NCBI GenBank assembly: GCA_046330385.1
Contig: JAXLSV010000007.1
Span: 44,718-108,717, forward strand
DNA: 64,000 bases
Source of the DNA: Gaiellales bacterium
Lineage (GTDB): Bacteria; Actinomycetota; Thermoleophilia; Gaiellales; Gaiellaceae
Reading direction: 5' to 3'
Part shown: piece after piece, positions 19,420 to 28,413 of the stretch
Numbering within the stretch: position 1 is the stretch's first letter
How the letters are laid out: the number at the start of each line of letters is the position of its first letter
Program-made: the position numbers and the translations under genes
Notes under the pieces: model-generated
Told to the model about the DNA's origin: nothing
Seen by the model: the letters and a program-made list of their open reading frames with translations, nothing else
Databases searched by the model: none

Positions 19420-19432
19420 CTATAGCCTATAT
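19420..19432 (-). promoter_or_regulatory. Palindromic site CTATAGCCTATAT over a putative -10 (TAGGCT)
   Basis: One mismatch to CTATA-N3-TATAG, upstream of the sugar ABC operon. Confidence 0.55.
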
Positions 19433-19515
19433 GCCTGGCGGTCGCGCGGCCAGCGCGCGTGACGGCCTCGGCCATCCGGCCAATCGGCGGCGGGCGCGCA
19501 GATGCGGCCGCGGTG

Positions 19516-19848
19516 TCAGGCCCGGCGGTACGGGTGCGGATCGCCAAAGACGTCGATCCCCACCGTCCCCGGATACATATGGGCGCTGTGAGGCACGCCC
19601 GGCTCGATCGCGTACGTGTCGCCCGGCCGGAACGTCGTCGTCTCCCCGCCGATCGTGAAGTCGACCTGCCCGGCGAGCACGACTCCCCACTGGGCCCCGT
19701 GGACGTGCTCCGGGAGATCCGCCCCGTCGGGGAGCTCGTAGAACATCGCGACCGCTTCGGGCCCGTGCAGCAGCCACCCGTTGAGCGGGACGACCGGGTT
19801 CTCCACCTGCGGGAACGAGCGGATCAGCGGCGAGAACGGCTCGCTCAC
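19516..19848 (-). CDS. Cupin domain protein
   Basis: PEHVHGAQWGVVLAG...GVPHSA; GTG 19848 overlaps the SDR stop. Confidence 0.8.
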   Translation of the reverse strand: MSEPFSPLIRSFPQVENPVVPLNGWLLHGPEAVAMFYELPDGADLPEHVHGAQWGVVLAGQVDFTIGGETTTFRPGDTYAIEPGVPHSAHMYPGTVGIDVFGDPHPYRRA

Positions 19849-20684
19849 GCCGTCAAGAGGCCGCCGTCGACGACGATCTGGGCGCCGCTGACGTACGCGC
19901 CGAGATCGGACGCGAGGAAGAGCACCGCCCGCCCGACGTCGTCGGGGCTCGCGAGCCGCCGCAGCGGGATCCGCGCCTCGTAGGCCGCCCACTGGGCATC
20001 GACGTCGATCCCCTCGGGCGCCCCCGCCTCGACGAACTCGACCGCACCCTCGGTGAGCGAGGGGCCCGGAGCGACTGCGTTCACGCGAATCTGGTCAGGG
20101 CCGAGCTCGAGCGCCATCGTCTTCGTCAACCCCCAGATCGCGTGCTTCGACGTCCCGTAGTGGGCGAGGCCCGAGCCGCTCGGGTGGATCGCGTCGATCG
20201 AGCTGATGTTGACGATCGAGCCGCCACCGCCCCGCTCCCGCATCCGCGCGGCCGCGGCCCTGATGCAGAGGTACGCACCGCCGACGTTGACCCCGAGGAT
20301 CCGGTGAAACTCCGCCGGCTCGAGGTGCTCGAGGAGGTAGTTCGAGAACACACCTGCGTTGTTGACGAGGATGTCGAGCCCGCCGAGCTCCCTGATCGCC
20401 GTGTCCATCAGCGCCTCGACGTCCTCCTCGCGCGAGACGTCGCCTGTGCGCCCGGCAACCGAGTGCCCGGCGCTCCGCAGCGCGTCGATCGCAACGCTCA
20501 GCCTGTCCTCGCGCCGATCACCGAGCACGACCGACGCCCCCGCGCTCGCCAACCGGCGAGCGCAGGCGAACCCGAAGCCCTGAGCGGCTCCGGTGACGAC
20601 CGCGACCTTTCCGTCGAGGTCGAGGAGCTGCTCGACGGTCTGGAAGTCGCTGCTCGGTTGGCGCCCAGGGCTCAGTGCGGGCAC
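19845..20684 (-). CDS. Short-chain dehydrogenase/reductase
   Basis: TGAAQGFG, NNAG, YGTSK. Confidence 0.9.
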   Translation of the reverse strand: MPALSPGRQPSSDFQTVEQLLDLDGKVAVVTGAAQGFGFACARRLASAGASVVLGDRREDRLSVAIDALRSAGHSVAGRTGDVSREEDVEALMDTAIRELGGLDILVNNAGVFSNYLLEHLEPAEFHRILGVNVGGAYLCIRAAAARMRERGGGGSIVNISSIDAIHPSGSGLAHYGTSKHAIWGLTKTMALELGPDQIRVNAVAPGPSLTEGAVEFVEAGAPEGIDVDAQWAAYEARIPLRRLASPDDVGRAVLFLASDLGAYVSGAQIVVDGGLLTA

Positions 20685-20712
20685 CTCGTGACGAGCTGTT
20701 CGCGTCGCGCGA

Positions 20713-20741
20713 TTGAGATCACGGCACGAATGTTATAAGGT
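20713..20741 (+). promoter_or_regulatory. Sigma70-type promoter for the deacetylase gene
   Basis: TTGAGA-N17-TAAGGT in an AT-richer divergent intergenic region. Confidence 0.55.
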
Positions 20742-20783
20742 CATCAGAGTCGACGACAAGCACCGAGGGGACGGAGGCTTCCC

Positions 20784-21656
20784 ATGGCGACACTCCTCAT
20801 CGGCTACGACACCGAGTCAGCCGCGGTGGGTGAAGGGCTCGCGCGGTTCATCGGCCCGGACGTCCCGCAGTACCTCTGCGCCCTCGACCCCGAGACGACG
20901 CGCCGCGGGGTCTCGCTGCTCCGCAAGCTGCACGAGGAGCTCGAGGCGCCGTGCACGTTCTTCCTCTGCGGACGGACGCTGCTCCACGCGCTCGACGCGA
21001 TCGAGCCGCTCGCCGCCTCGGAGCTGTTCGATCTCCAGCAGCACACCTACAGCCACGTCGTGTTCCGGGAGGTGCACTATCAGCCGCTCGGCTCCGACGC
21101 GCCGGAGGCGGTGCTCGCCGAAACGCCGCCGGTCGCGCTCCGGGAGGAGCTCGCCGTCACGGCAGAGCTGATCCGCAAGTACCTCGGGCGCGAGTGCATC
21201 GGGCTGCGAACACCGTTCGGCTACTACCGCGGTCTGCGAGGCCGCCCCGACCTCCTCGGGATCATCCAGGAGACCGGGCACCGCTTCGTGACCTCCTGGG
21301 GCCGCAACGAGGAGAACGGCAACCCGACCCCGTGGGTGCAGCCGTTCACCTACGACGAGGAGGGCTTCCCGGGGCTGCTCGAGATCCCGTTCCAGTTCTG
21401 GCTCGACGGGATCTGGTTCGACGCCCACGGGTACGACCAGGGTGCCGGCTTCCGCGCCGCGCTCGAGGGCGCGATCGACGAGATCGCCGACACCGATACC
21501 GTCTTCGCGACGGCGTTCCACGAGTGGTGCGCGGTCGAGGCGAACGAGGAGGGCACCGGCTGGATCCGCGGGCTGATCGAGCACGCGCGACGCCGCGACG
21601 TCACGGTGATGAGCTACGCCGACTACTGGAGGAGCGTCACGGCCGGCGTCGCGTGA
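20784..21656 (+). CDS. Polysaccharide deacetylase (NodB/CE4-like) family amidohydrolase
   Basis: GYDTE, QQHTYSH, GLRTPFG, LLEIP motifs. Confidence 0.75.
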   Translation: MATLLIGYDTESAAVGEGLARFIGPDVPQYLCALDPETTRRGVSLLRKLHEELEAPCTFFLCGRTLLHALDAIEPLAASELFDLQQHTYSHVVFREVHYQPLGSDAPEAVLAETPPVALREELAVTAELIRKYLGRECIGLRTPFGYYRGLRGRPDLLGIIQETGHRFVTSWGRNEENGNPTPWVQPFTYDEEGFPGLLEIPFQFWLDGIWFDAHGYDQGAGFRAALEGAIDEIADTDTVFATAFHEWCAVEANEEGTGWIRGLIEHARRRDVTVMSYADYWRSVTAGVA

Positions 21657-21677
21657 CGCTCCTCGCCCCCCGCGCCT

Positions 21678-22751
21678 CTAGCCAGCCACGGCAGCCTCTG
21701 CCGGGCGCATCGCGTCGACCACGATCTCACCGGCGACGATCACCGGCTCGTCGTCGAGGAACAGGTCGCAGTTGCGCATCGGGATGTCGAGGTGGCAGCT
21801 CGTGTGGTTCGGCCCGCCGACCAGGTCGTTCGGGCCGGTCGAGAACAACACGTTCCCGGAGAACGCCCTCGGCTCCATGCCGTGACCGCGGCTGTCCGTG
21901 CCGAGCGACGCCCACTTGGCACGCTCGTCGAGGCCCCAGCCGATGTGCGAGAGCCCGAACGCGTCGGGGTCGTCGAAGTCGGTCAGATACCCGCGCATGA
22001 GCTCCGCCTGGAACCCGTCGCCCCCGATGTGGACGATCCGACCTGCCTCGATGACGAGCTCGATCGGGTCCTGGACGTACTGCTTGAAGGGGAGCAGGAT
22101 GTCGCCGCGGTCGACCACGACCCGGCCGTCGATGCCGTCGTCGGCCCCGCAGGTGAGCACCATCCCTCCGGAAGGCCAGTGGTCCCACTGGCCGGGCTTG
22201 TCGACGTACCCGTACTGCCCCTTGGTCGGGTACATGCCGATCTTGTAGGTCACGTCGCTGCCGGCCCGGTTGGTGAACCGGAGCGTCCGTGCCGCCGCGA
22301 GTGTCTCGACCGCCACGTCCGTGCGCCGCGCAAGCTCCTCGGTGGGGAACATCCGGGCGAGCAGGTCGACGGGCTCGATGCAGGTGAGGATGCGCGTCCC
22401 GGCGGACTGGATCTCGGTCAGCTCGTCGCTGAAGAGGAGGAAGAGCGTCTCCACGACCATGTCGGCGTTCTTGAGCGCATCGATTGCGACACGGTTGCCC
22501 GCGAGCGGGGTCTTGCCTACCGTCCACACCCCGACCTCCCCGCTCGTCGCCGACGAGGAGTACGGCAGGCGCACATGCATGACGGTGGCGCCGATCCGTT
22601 GCCCGGCCGCCAGGAACGCGTCGACGTACTCGGCGCGCTCCTCTCCCTGGGACAGCAACACGAGGCTCTCGGAGGGCTCGAGCGCACAGCGGCGCAACAT
22701 GCGCTCACAGAGATCGGTGAACATCGACTGGCTAAACGAGGTGCTCGACAT
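21678..22751 (-). CDS. nicX: 2,5-dihydroxypyridine 5,6-dioxygenase-like protein (NicX family)
   Basis: Collinear with NicX as recalled: GTRILTCIEP, QYGYVDKPGQWDHWPSG, GDILLPFK, SHIGWGL, RAFSGNVLFSTGPN, CHLDIPMRNCD. The His/His/Asp Fe-ligand motifs are present. Confidence 0.85.
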   Translation of the reverse strand: MSSTSFSQSMFTDLCERMLRRCALEPSESLVLLSQGEERAEYVDAFLAAGQRIGATVMHVRLPYSSSATSGEVGVWTVGKTPLAGNRVAIDALKNADMVVETLFLLFSDELTEIQSAGTRILTCIEPVDLLARMFPTEELARRTDVAVETLAAARTLRFTNRAGSDVTYKIGMYPTKGQYGYVDKPGQWDHWPSGGMVLTCGADDGIDGRVVVDRGDILLPFKQYVQDPIELVIEAGRIVHIGGDGFQAELMRGYLTDFDDPDAFGLSHIGWGLDERAKWASLGTDSRGHGMEPRAFSGNVLFSTGPNDLVGGPNHTSCHLDIPMRNCDLFLDDEPVIVAGEIVVDAMRPAEAAVAG

Positions 22752-22813
22752 CTCGGCCTCTCTTTCGGTGTGGGCTGATGGCGTGCGCAGGGCGACCCGC
22801 CCTGACGAGGGCG

Positions 22814-23815
22814 CTACGCGGAGACATGGGCGAACGGTTGGACGTGGCAGGCCGCGGCGTGCCCATCGGGGCCGACGACGTCGAGGGTCGGGTCGATCGC
22901 GCTGCAGACGTCGGTCGCGAACGCGCAGCGCGTCCTGAAACGACAGCCGGACGGGATCGCGAGCGGCGAGGGCAGCTCCCCGACGATCGCAGGCCGATCG
23001 CGTCGCCGCGCGGGGTCGGGTGACGGGTTGGCGTCGAGCAACCCCCGCGTGTACGGATGCTGGGGTTGCGCGAACACCCGGGCCGTCGGCCCGATCTCGA
23101 CGATCCGTCCGAGGTACATCACCGCCACCGTGTCCGAGATGTGCGCGATGACGGAGAGCTGATGGGAGATGAACAGCATCGAGAGCCCGAGCCGGGCCCG
23201 GAGCGTCTCGAAGAGGTTGAGGATTTGCGCCTGCACCGACACGTCGAGGCTCGAGACGGCCTCGTCGGCGATCAGCAAGTCAGGGCCGACCGCGAGGGCC
23301 CGCGCGATCGCGACGCGCTGCCGCTGCCCTCCGGAGAGCTCGCGCGGACGGCGTTCAGCCAGCCGTCCCGGCAGCCCCACGGTCTCGAGGAGCTCACTGA
23401 CGAAGGTCTGCTCGGCGCCCCGGCCCACGCGGCCGTGGACGCGACCTGCCTCGAGAACGGTGCTCCCCACCGAGAAGCGCGGGTTGAGCGAGGTGTATGG
23501 ATCCTGGAAGACCATCTGCATCCGCTGCCGGAGCCGCGTCAGCTCCGCACCCTCGGCCGATCCGACGTCGACCCCGTCGAAGGTGACGGCGCCCTCGTCC
23601 AGCTCCTGGAGCCGGATCACGCAGCGGGCGAGCGTGCTCTTGCCGCTGCCCGACTCGCCCACGATCCCGAGGGTCTCGCGCGGGGCCAGTCGGAGCGAGA
23701 CGGCATCGACGGCGGTGACGTACTGCCCCGGCCGCCTGCGGATACGGTCGCCAAGCGTTCGCCTGGCCGGGAACCGCCTCGTGACACCAGCCACCTCGAG
23801 CAGCGGCTCGGTCAT
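22814..23815 (-). CDS. Peptide/nickel-type ABC ATP-binding protein (OppF-like)
   Basis: GESGSGKST, LSGGQRQRVAIARAL, ADEAVSSLD, C-terminal Cys cluster; ATG 23815. Confidence 0.9.
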   Translation of the reverse strand: MTEPLLEVAGVTRRFPARRTLGDRIRRRPGQYVTAVDAVSLRLAPRETLGIVGESGSGKSTLARCVIRLQELDEGAVTFDGVDVGSAEGAELTRLRQRMQMVFQDPYTSLNPRFSVGSTVLEAGRVHGRVGRGAEQTFVSELLETVGLPGRLAERRPRELSGGQRQRVAIARALAVGPDLLIADEAVSSLDVSVQAQILNLFETLRARLGLSMLFISHQLSVIAHISDTVAVMYLGRIVEIGPTARVFAQPQHPYTRGLLDANPSPDPARRRDRPAIVGELPSPLAIPSGCRFRTRCAFATDVCSAIDPTLDVVGPDGHAAACHVQPFAHVSA

Positions 23816-24855
23816 GCGTGCTCCCGGTCGAGCGCGGTGTCGCGTCCGACGGCGTCGGCGGAGAACGGGCACGCCGTAGTTCGCCCCGGGCCGGCCGACT
23901 CGAGCGTCATCGGCACGTCGGCGCAGGCCTCTTGCACGAAGCGGCAGCGCGCCTGGAACGGGCACCCGCCGCCGAGGTCGCGCACGTCGGGTGGTTGGCC
24001 GGGAATCGTGTCGAGCTCGCCGCGGCGCCGCTGGTCGTCGATCCGCGGGATCGCCTCGAGCAGCGCTTTCGCATACGGGTGCCGCGGGTCGGCGAACAGC
24101 TCGCGCGCCGGCGCAACCTCGACGATCCGCCCGGCGTACATCACGGCGACGCGATCGCAGGTCTGCGCGATCACGCCCATGTCGTGCGAGACGAGCACGA
24201 TCGCCATTCCCGTCTGGTCGCGGATCTCGCGAAGCAGCAGCAGGATCTGGTCCTGGATCGTCACGTCCAGAGCCGTCGTCGCCTCGTCCGCGAGCAGCAG
24301 CCTCGGCTCGCCGGCGAGCGCGAGGGCGATCATCACCCGTTGCCGCATCCCCCCGGAGAGCTCGTGCGGGTACGAGCGCATCCGCCGCTCAGGAGCCGGG
24401 ATCCCGACCCGGTCGAGAAGCTCGATCCCTCGGCTCCGGGCCTCCCGCGCGGCAAGCCCCGTGCGCTGCGTCAGCGTCTCGGTGAGCTGTCGACCGATCG
24501 TCAGGACCGGGTTCAGGGAGCTCATCGGGTCCTGGAAGACCATCGCCAGCCCGCCGCCGCGAACCGCCCGCAGCTCTCGGGCATCGAGCGCGAGCAGGTC
24601 GCGACCTTCGAAGACGACCTCGCCCGCCATCACCGCTCCCGGCTCAGGGACGAGGCCGAGCAGCGCCCGGCAGGTGACGCTCTTGCCGGATCCGGACTCA
24701 CCGACGAGGCCCACGATCTCGCCCTCTGCAACCTGCAGCGAGACGTCGTCGACAACCCGGGCGACCCCGCGCATCGTCGGGAACCCGACCGTCAGCCCGC
24801 GGACGTCGAGGAGCGGCGCGGGGGTGACGGGGCTCGATGACGGCAGGGAGCTCAC
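23812..24855 (-). CDS. Peptide/nickel-type ABC ATP-binding protein (OppD-like)
   Basis: GESGSGKS, YPHELSGGMRQR, ADEATTALD; GTG 24855. Confidence 0.9.
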   Translation of the reverse strand: MSSLPSSSPVTPAPLLDVRGLTVGFPTMRGVARVVDDVSLQVAEGEIVGLVGESGSGKSVTCRALLGLVPEPGAVMAGEVVFEGRDLLALDARELRAVRGGGLAMVFQDPMSSLNPVLTIGRQLTETLTQRTGLAAREARSRGIELLDRVGIPAPERRMRSYPHELSGGMRQRVMIALALAGEPRLLLADEATTALDVTIQDQILLLLREIRDQTGMAIVLVSHDMGVIAQTCDRVAVMYAGRIVEVAPARELFADPRHPYAKALLEAIPRIDDQRRRGELDTIPGQPPDVRDLGGGCPFQARCRFVQEACADVPMTLESAGPGRTTACPFSADAVGRDTALDREHA

Positions 24856-25733
24856 AGCGTCAGGCGCAGCTGGCGGCCGAGGCGATCGGCGAGCCCGTCG
24901 CCGACCATGCTGAACGCGACCCCGAGCGCGACGATGACGAGACCGGGGATCGTCGCCACCCACCATGCCGTGCGCAGCACGCTCTGCCCCTCGGCGACCA
25001 TCGCGCCAAGCTCGGCGGTGGGCGGCTGCACGCCGAGCCCGAGGTACGAGAGGCTGGCAAGGAGGAGCAGGTTGAGAACGAGGTCGGCCGCGGAGAACAC
25101 GACGTTCGAGCGAAGCAAGTTGGGCATCGCGTGCCGGAAGACGAGTCGCGTCTGCGAGTAGCCGAGCGCGCGACCGGCGAGCATGAAGTCCTGCTCGCGG
25201 AGCACGAGCATCTCGCCGCGGGTGAGCCTCGCGTAGAGCGCCCAGCCTACCGCGAGCACGCCGATGTAGACGCCCTCGAGCCCGGCGCCGACGATCGCGA
25301 CGATCGCGATCATCAACACAAGGAACGGAAACGCGATCACGCCGTCGACGACGCGCATCGCGATCGCGTCCGCCCAGCCACCCCGGTACCCGGCGTAGGC
25401 GCCGATCACCATCCCCACGACGAGCGGCAGATACGTGATCACGAGGATCACCTGCAGGTCGAGGCCGAGTGCGTACAGCACGCGGGTCGCGATGTCACGG
25501 CCAAAGGTGTCCGTGCCGAAGGGGTGCGAGAGCGACGGCGCCTGCAGCCGCTGGAGGAGGTCGACCTCGTTGGGATCGTACGGCGACGCGAGCCGCCCGA
25601 CGACGGCGACGACGACCGCGAGCCCGACGAGCCCGGCGCCGAGATAGAAAGTCGTGTTCGACCAGCGCCGCTCGCGAAGCGCGAGGCGACGGAGCGCGGA
25701 CTCGTCCGGGAACCGATCGAGCGCGGTGCTCAC
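24852..25733 (-). CDS. Peptide ABC permease (OppC-like)
   Basis: HPFGTDTFGRD, RHAMPN, LSYLGLGVQPP; GTG 25733. Confidence 0.9.
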   Translation of the reverse strand: MSTALDRFPDESALRRLALRERRWSNTTFYLGAGLVGLAVVVAVVGRLASPYDPNEVDLLQRLQAPSLSHPFGTDTFGRDIATRVLYALGLDLQVILVITYLPLVVGMVIGAYAGYRGGWADAIAMRVVDGVIAFPFLVLMIAIVAIVGAGLEGVYIGVLAVGWALYARLTRGEMLVLREQDFMLAGRALGYSQTRLVFRHAMPNLLRSNVVFSAADLVLNLLLLASLSYLGLGVQPPTAELGAMVAEGQSVLRTAWWVATIPGLVIVALGVAFSMVGDGLADRLGRQLRLTL

Positions 25734-26671
25734 GACGCGCCCAGCCTCACCCGCGGGTCGAGGAGCGAGTACGTGACGTCGGCGAGCAGGTTGATCGCGA
25801 TCACCATCAGCCCAAACACGAACACGAGGCCCTGGATCACCGGGTAGTCGCGGCTCAGGACCGACTGGACGAGCAGCGAGCCGAGGCCCGGGATCTGGAA
25901 GACGTTCTCGACGACGACCGTGCCGCTGATCAGGAACCCGACGTTGATCGAGAGCACCGTGATCAGCGGGATGAGCGAGGGTCGCAGCGCGTGGATGCCG
26001 ATGACCCGCCGGGGGCCGAGCCCACGGGCGTGGGCCGCCTCGACGTACTCGGAGCCCATCGTGTCGATCATGGTCGTCCGCAACGTGCGAAGGAGCATCG
26101 GCGCGAGATAGAGCCCGAGCGTGACCCACGGGAGGATCAGGTACTCGATCGCTCCGAACAGCCCGTCGCCGTAGCCCGAGACGGGCAGCAGGTCGAGCTC
26201 GAGCCCGAAGAGGAGCGCGAGCATCAGCCCGAGCCAGAACGTGGGCATCGCGAAGGCGACCATGCTCACCAGCCGAACCACGTGGTCGACAGGCTGGTTG
26301 CGGCGAACGGCGGAAAGCACGCCGAGCGGGACGGCAAGCATCACGGCGACAAGCACCGCGCCCACGATCAGGTAGAGGCTCGGGGCGATCCGGTCGAGGA
26401 TGAGCTCGCGCACCGAGGTCCGCCGGATGATCGAGTCGCCGAAGTCGAGACTGACCGCTCCGGTGGCGAACGAGACGAGCTGCTGCCCGAGCGACTGGTC
26501 GAGCCCGAGGTTCTCCTCGACCTGGGCGACCGCCTCGGGGGTGGCGTTGATCCCGAGCATGAGCTTCACCGGGTCGCCCGGGATCAACCGAATCACGAGG
26601 AAGGACACGGTCAGCACCCCGATCATCACCGGGATGCTGAGCAGGATCCGCTTGCCGATGTACTCGAGCAC
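25730..26671 (-). CDS. Peptide ABC permease (OppB-like)
   Basis: LIPGDP, YVEAAHARG, VENVFQIPGLG, RDYPVIQG. Confidence 0.9.
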   Translation of the reverse strand: MLEYIGKRILLSIPVMIGVLTVSFLVIRLIPGDPVKLMLGINATPEAVAQVEENLGLDQSLGQQLVSFATGAVSLDFGDSIIRRTSVRELILDRIAPSLYLIVGAVLVAVMLAVPLGVLSAVRRNQPVDHVVRLVSMVAFAMPTFWLGLMLALLFGLELDLLPVSGYGDGLFGAIEYLILPWVTLGLYLAPMLLRTLRTTMIDTMGSEYVEAAHARGLGPRRVIGIHALRPSLIPLITVLSINVGFLISGTVVVENVFQIPGLGSLLVQSVLSRDYPVIQGLVFVFGLMVIAINLLADVTYSLLDPRVRLGAS

Positions 26672-26735
26672 GCTCAGGAGAGGCTACGGGTGGGGCAGCA
26701 TCGTCGCTGCCCCACCCGCGGTCCTTGTGACCGGT

Positions 26736-28355
26736 CTATTTGTCGAGCCAGACATCCTCGAGGTCCCACCAGCCGCTCGGCAGGACCTTGAATCCCTTCA
26801 CGTAGTCCTGGACGCCGTGGATCGAGGGCAGGAAGAAGAGCGTCACCCACGGAGCCTCGTCCATCGCCGCCTGCTGCACCTGCGGCCACAGCTCCTTGCG
26901 CTCCTCCTCGGTGCCCTGCGCGGCCTTCTCGGTCAGCTCGAACAGGCTGTCCGGAGGCTGCCAGCCCGTGAAGAAGCCCTTGAGGGCGTTCGATTCCGCC
27001 GTGTCGTAGAAGAGCAGCGCGACCTCGTCCTCGACTGTCACGTCGGAGGTGAACTTGACGAGCGGCACCGCCACGTCGTAGTCGTAGGCGGCGTAGCGGT
27101 CGAACAGAGCGCCACCGTCGACCTCTTCGATCTTCAGGTCGACGCCGACGTCCTTCCACTGCGCCTGGAGCACGGTCGCGAGCTCCCGCAGATGGCTTGC
27201 TCCTGCAGGGATCAGCATCGTCGAAGTGATCCCGTCCGGTGCGGCCTCGGCCATCAGCTCCTTGGCCTTGTCCACGTCGTACTCGTACGGGGCGACCTCG
27301 TCGGGCCCGGCGGTGTACTTGCCCTCCGGGATCATGCTGTTCGCGACCTTCCCGACACCGCCGTACACGGCGGTCCGGATCGCTTCCTTGTCGGTGGCGT
27401 AGTTCAGCGCCTGCCTGACCCTGACGTCGTCGAACGGCTTGCGCTTGTGGTTGAGGAAGACACCCTCCCAGCGGACGATGTCGTCGACCCGCACCTCGAA
27501 GTCGCCCGCGTCGGTGAGCTCCTTGATCTGGGTGAACGGAACGCCCTCGAGCAGGTCGGCCTCGCCGTCCTGCATCTTGAGGACGCGCGCGTTGTCGTCG
27601 GCGATGAAGTCGAACCGGACACCGTCGAGGTACGGCTTGCCGTCCTCCCAGTAGTTCTCGTTCTTCTCGAGCTCGATGAACGAGCCGGGCACCCACTCCT
27701 TCAGCTTGAAGGGGCCTGTGCCCACGGGATTCTTCCAGTGGTCGTTCCCCTCGGCCTCGACGAGCTTCTTGGAGACGATCGACGCCGGGAAGACGCTCAG
27801 GTTTTCGAGGAGGGCGCCGACCGGGTGCTTGAGATTCACCGCAACGGTCTTGTCGTCGACGATCTCGATGTCCTTGATCCCGTATGCAAGGGTCGGGATG
27901 TTGACGTTGATCTTCGGATCGATGAACCGATCGAGCGAGAACTTCACGTCCTCGGCGGTGACCGGGTCGCCGTTCGAGAACTTCGCGTCGCGGAGGGTGA
28001 ACGTCCAGCGCAACCCGTCGTCGGAGCTCTCCCACGACTCGGCGAGACCCGGGCCGACGTCGGGAAGCGTGTCGGGATCGGCCTCGACGAGGGTGTTGAA
28101 GATCTGCACCCGGACGAAGATCGAGCCGTTATCGGCCGGCCCCATGGGGTCGAGCGACTGCGTCTCGAAGTTCCGGGCGAACCGGAGAATGCCACCCGGC
28201 TTCGGCGTGCCCTCGTCAGCGGCGTTGGTGTCCCCCTCGGAGGACTTCTCGTCCCCGCTCGTGCACCCGGCGGCAACCACGGCCAGGACAAGAGCGAGCA
28301 GCGCCAGCAGCGTCAACACCCGTCGGCGCGGCCCGCGTGCACCCTTCGCAACCAC
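26736..28355 (-). CDS. ABC substrate-binding lipoprotein (OppA/DppA family 5)
   Basis: Lipobox VAAGC, LAESWE, PVGTGPF, VRQALNYA. Confidence 0.9.
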   Translation of the reverse strand: MVAKGARGPRRRVLTLLALLALVLAVVAAGCTSGDEKSSEGDTNAADEGTPKPGGILRFARNFETQSLDPMGPADNGSIFVRVQIFNTLVEADPDTLPDVGPGLAESWESSDDGLRWTFTLRDAKFSNGDPVTAEDVKFSLDRFIDPKINVNIPTLAYGIKDIEIVDDKTVAVNLKHPVGALLENLSVFPASIVSKKLVEAEGNDHWKNPVGTGPFKLKEWVPGSFIELEKNENYWEDGKPYLDGVRFDFIADDNARVLKMQDGEADLLEGVPFTQIKELTDAGDFEVRVDDIVRWEGVFLNHKRKPFDDVRVRQALNYATDKEAIRTAVYGGVGKVANSMIPEGKYTAGPDEVAPYEYDVDKAKELMAEAAPDGITSTMLIPAGASHLRELATVLQAQWKDVGVDLKIEEVDGGALFDRYAAYDYDVAVPLVKFTSDVTVEDEVALLFYDTAESNALKGFFTGWQPPDSLFELTEKAAQGTEEERKELWPQVQQAAMDEAPWVTLFFLPSIHGVQDYVKGFKVLPSGWWDLEDVWLDK

Positions 28356-28380
28356 CTTCTACCTCCTCGCGATCGGTTGG

Positions 28381-28413
28381 CTATAACCTATAGTCGTCGT
28401 TGTCAAGGGTCAA
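28381..28413 (-). promoter_or_regulatory. Promoter TTGACC-N17-TAGGTT with palindrome CTATAACCTATAG, embedded in the 3' end of the upstream hydantoinase A gene
   Basis: -35 at 28413-28408, -10 at 28390-28385, palindrome at 28381-28393; GAGGAGG RBS precedes the OppA-like gene. Confidence 0.6.
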
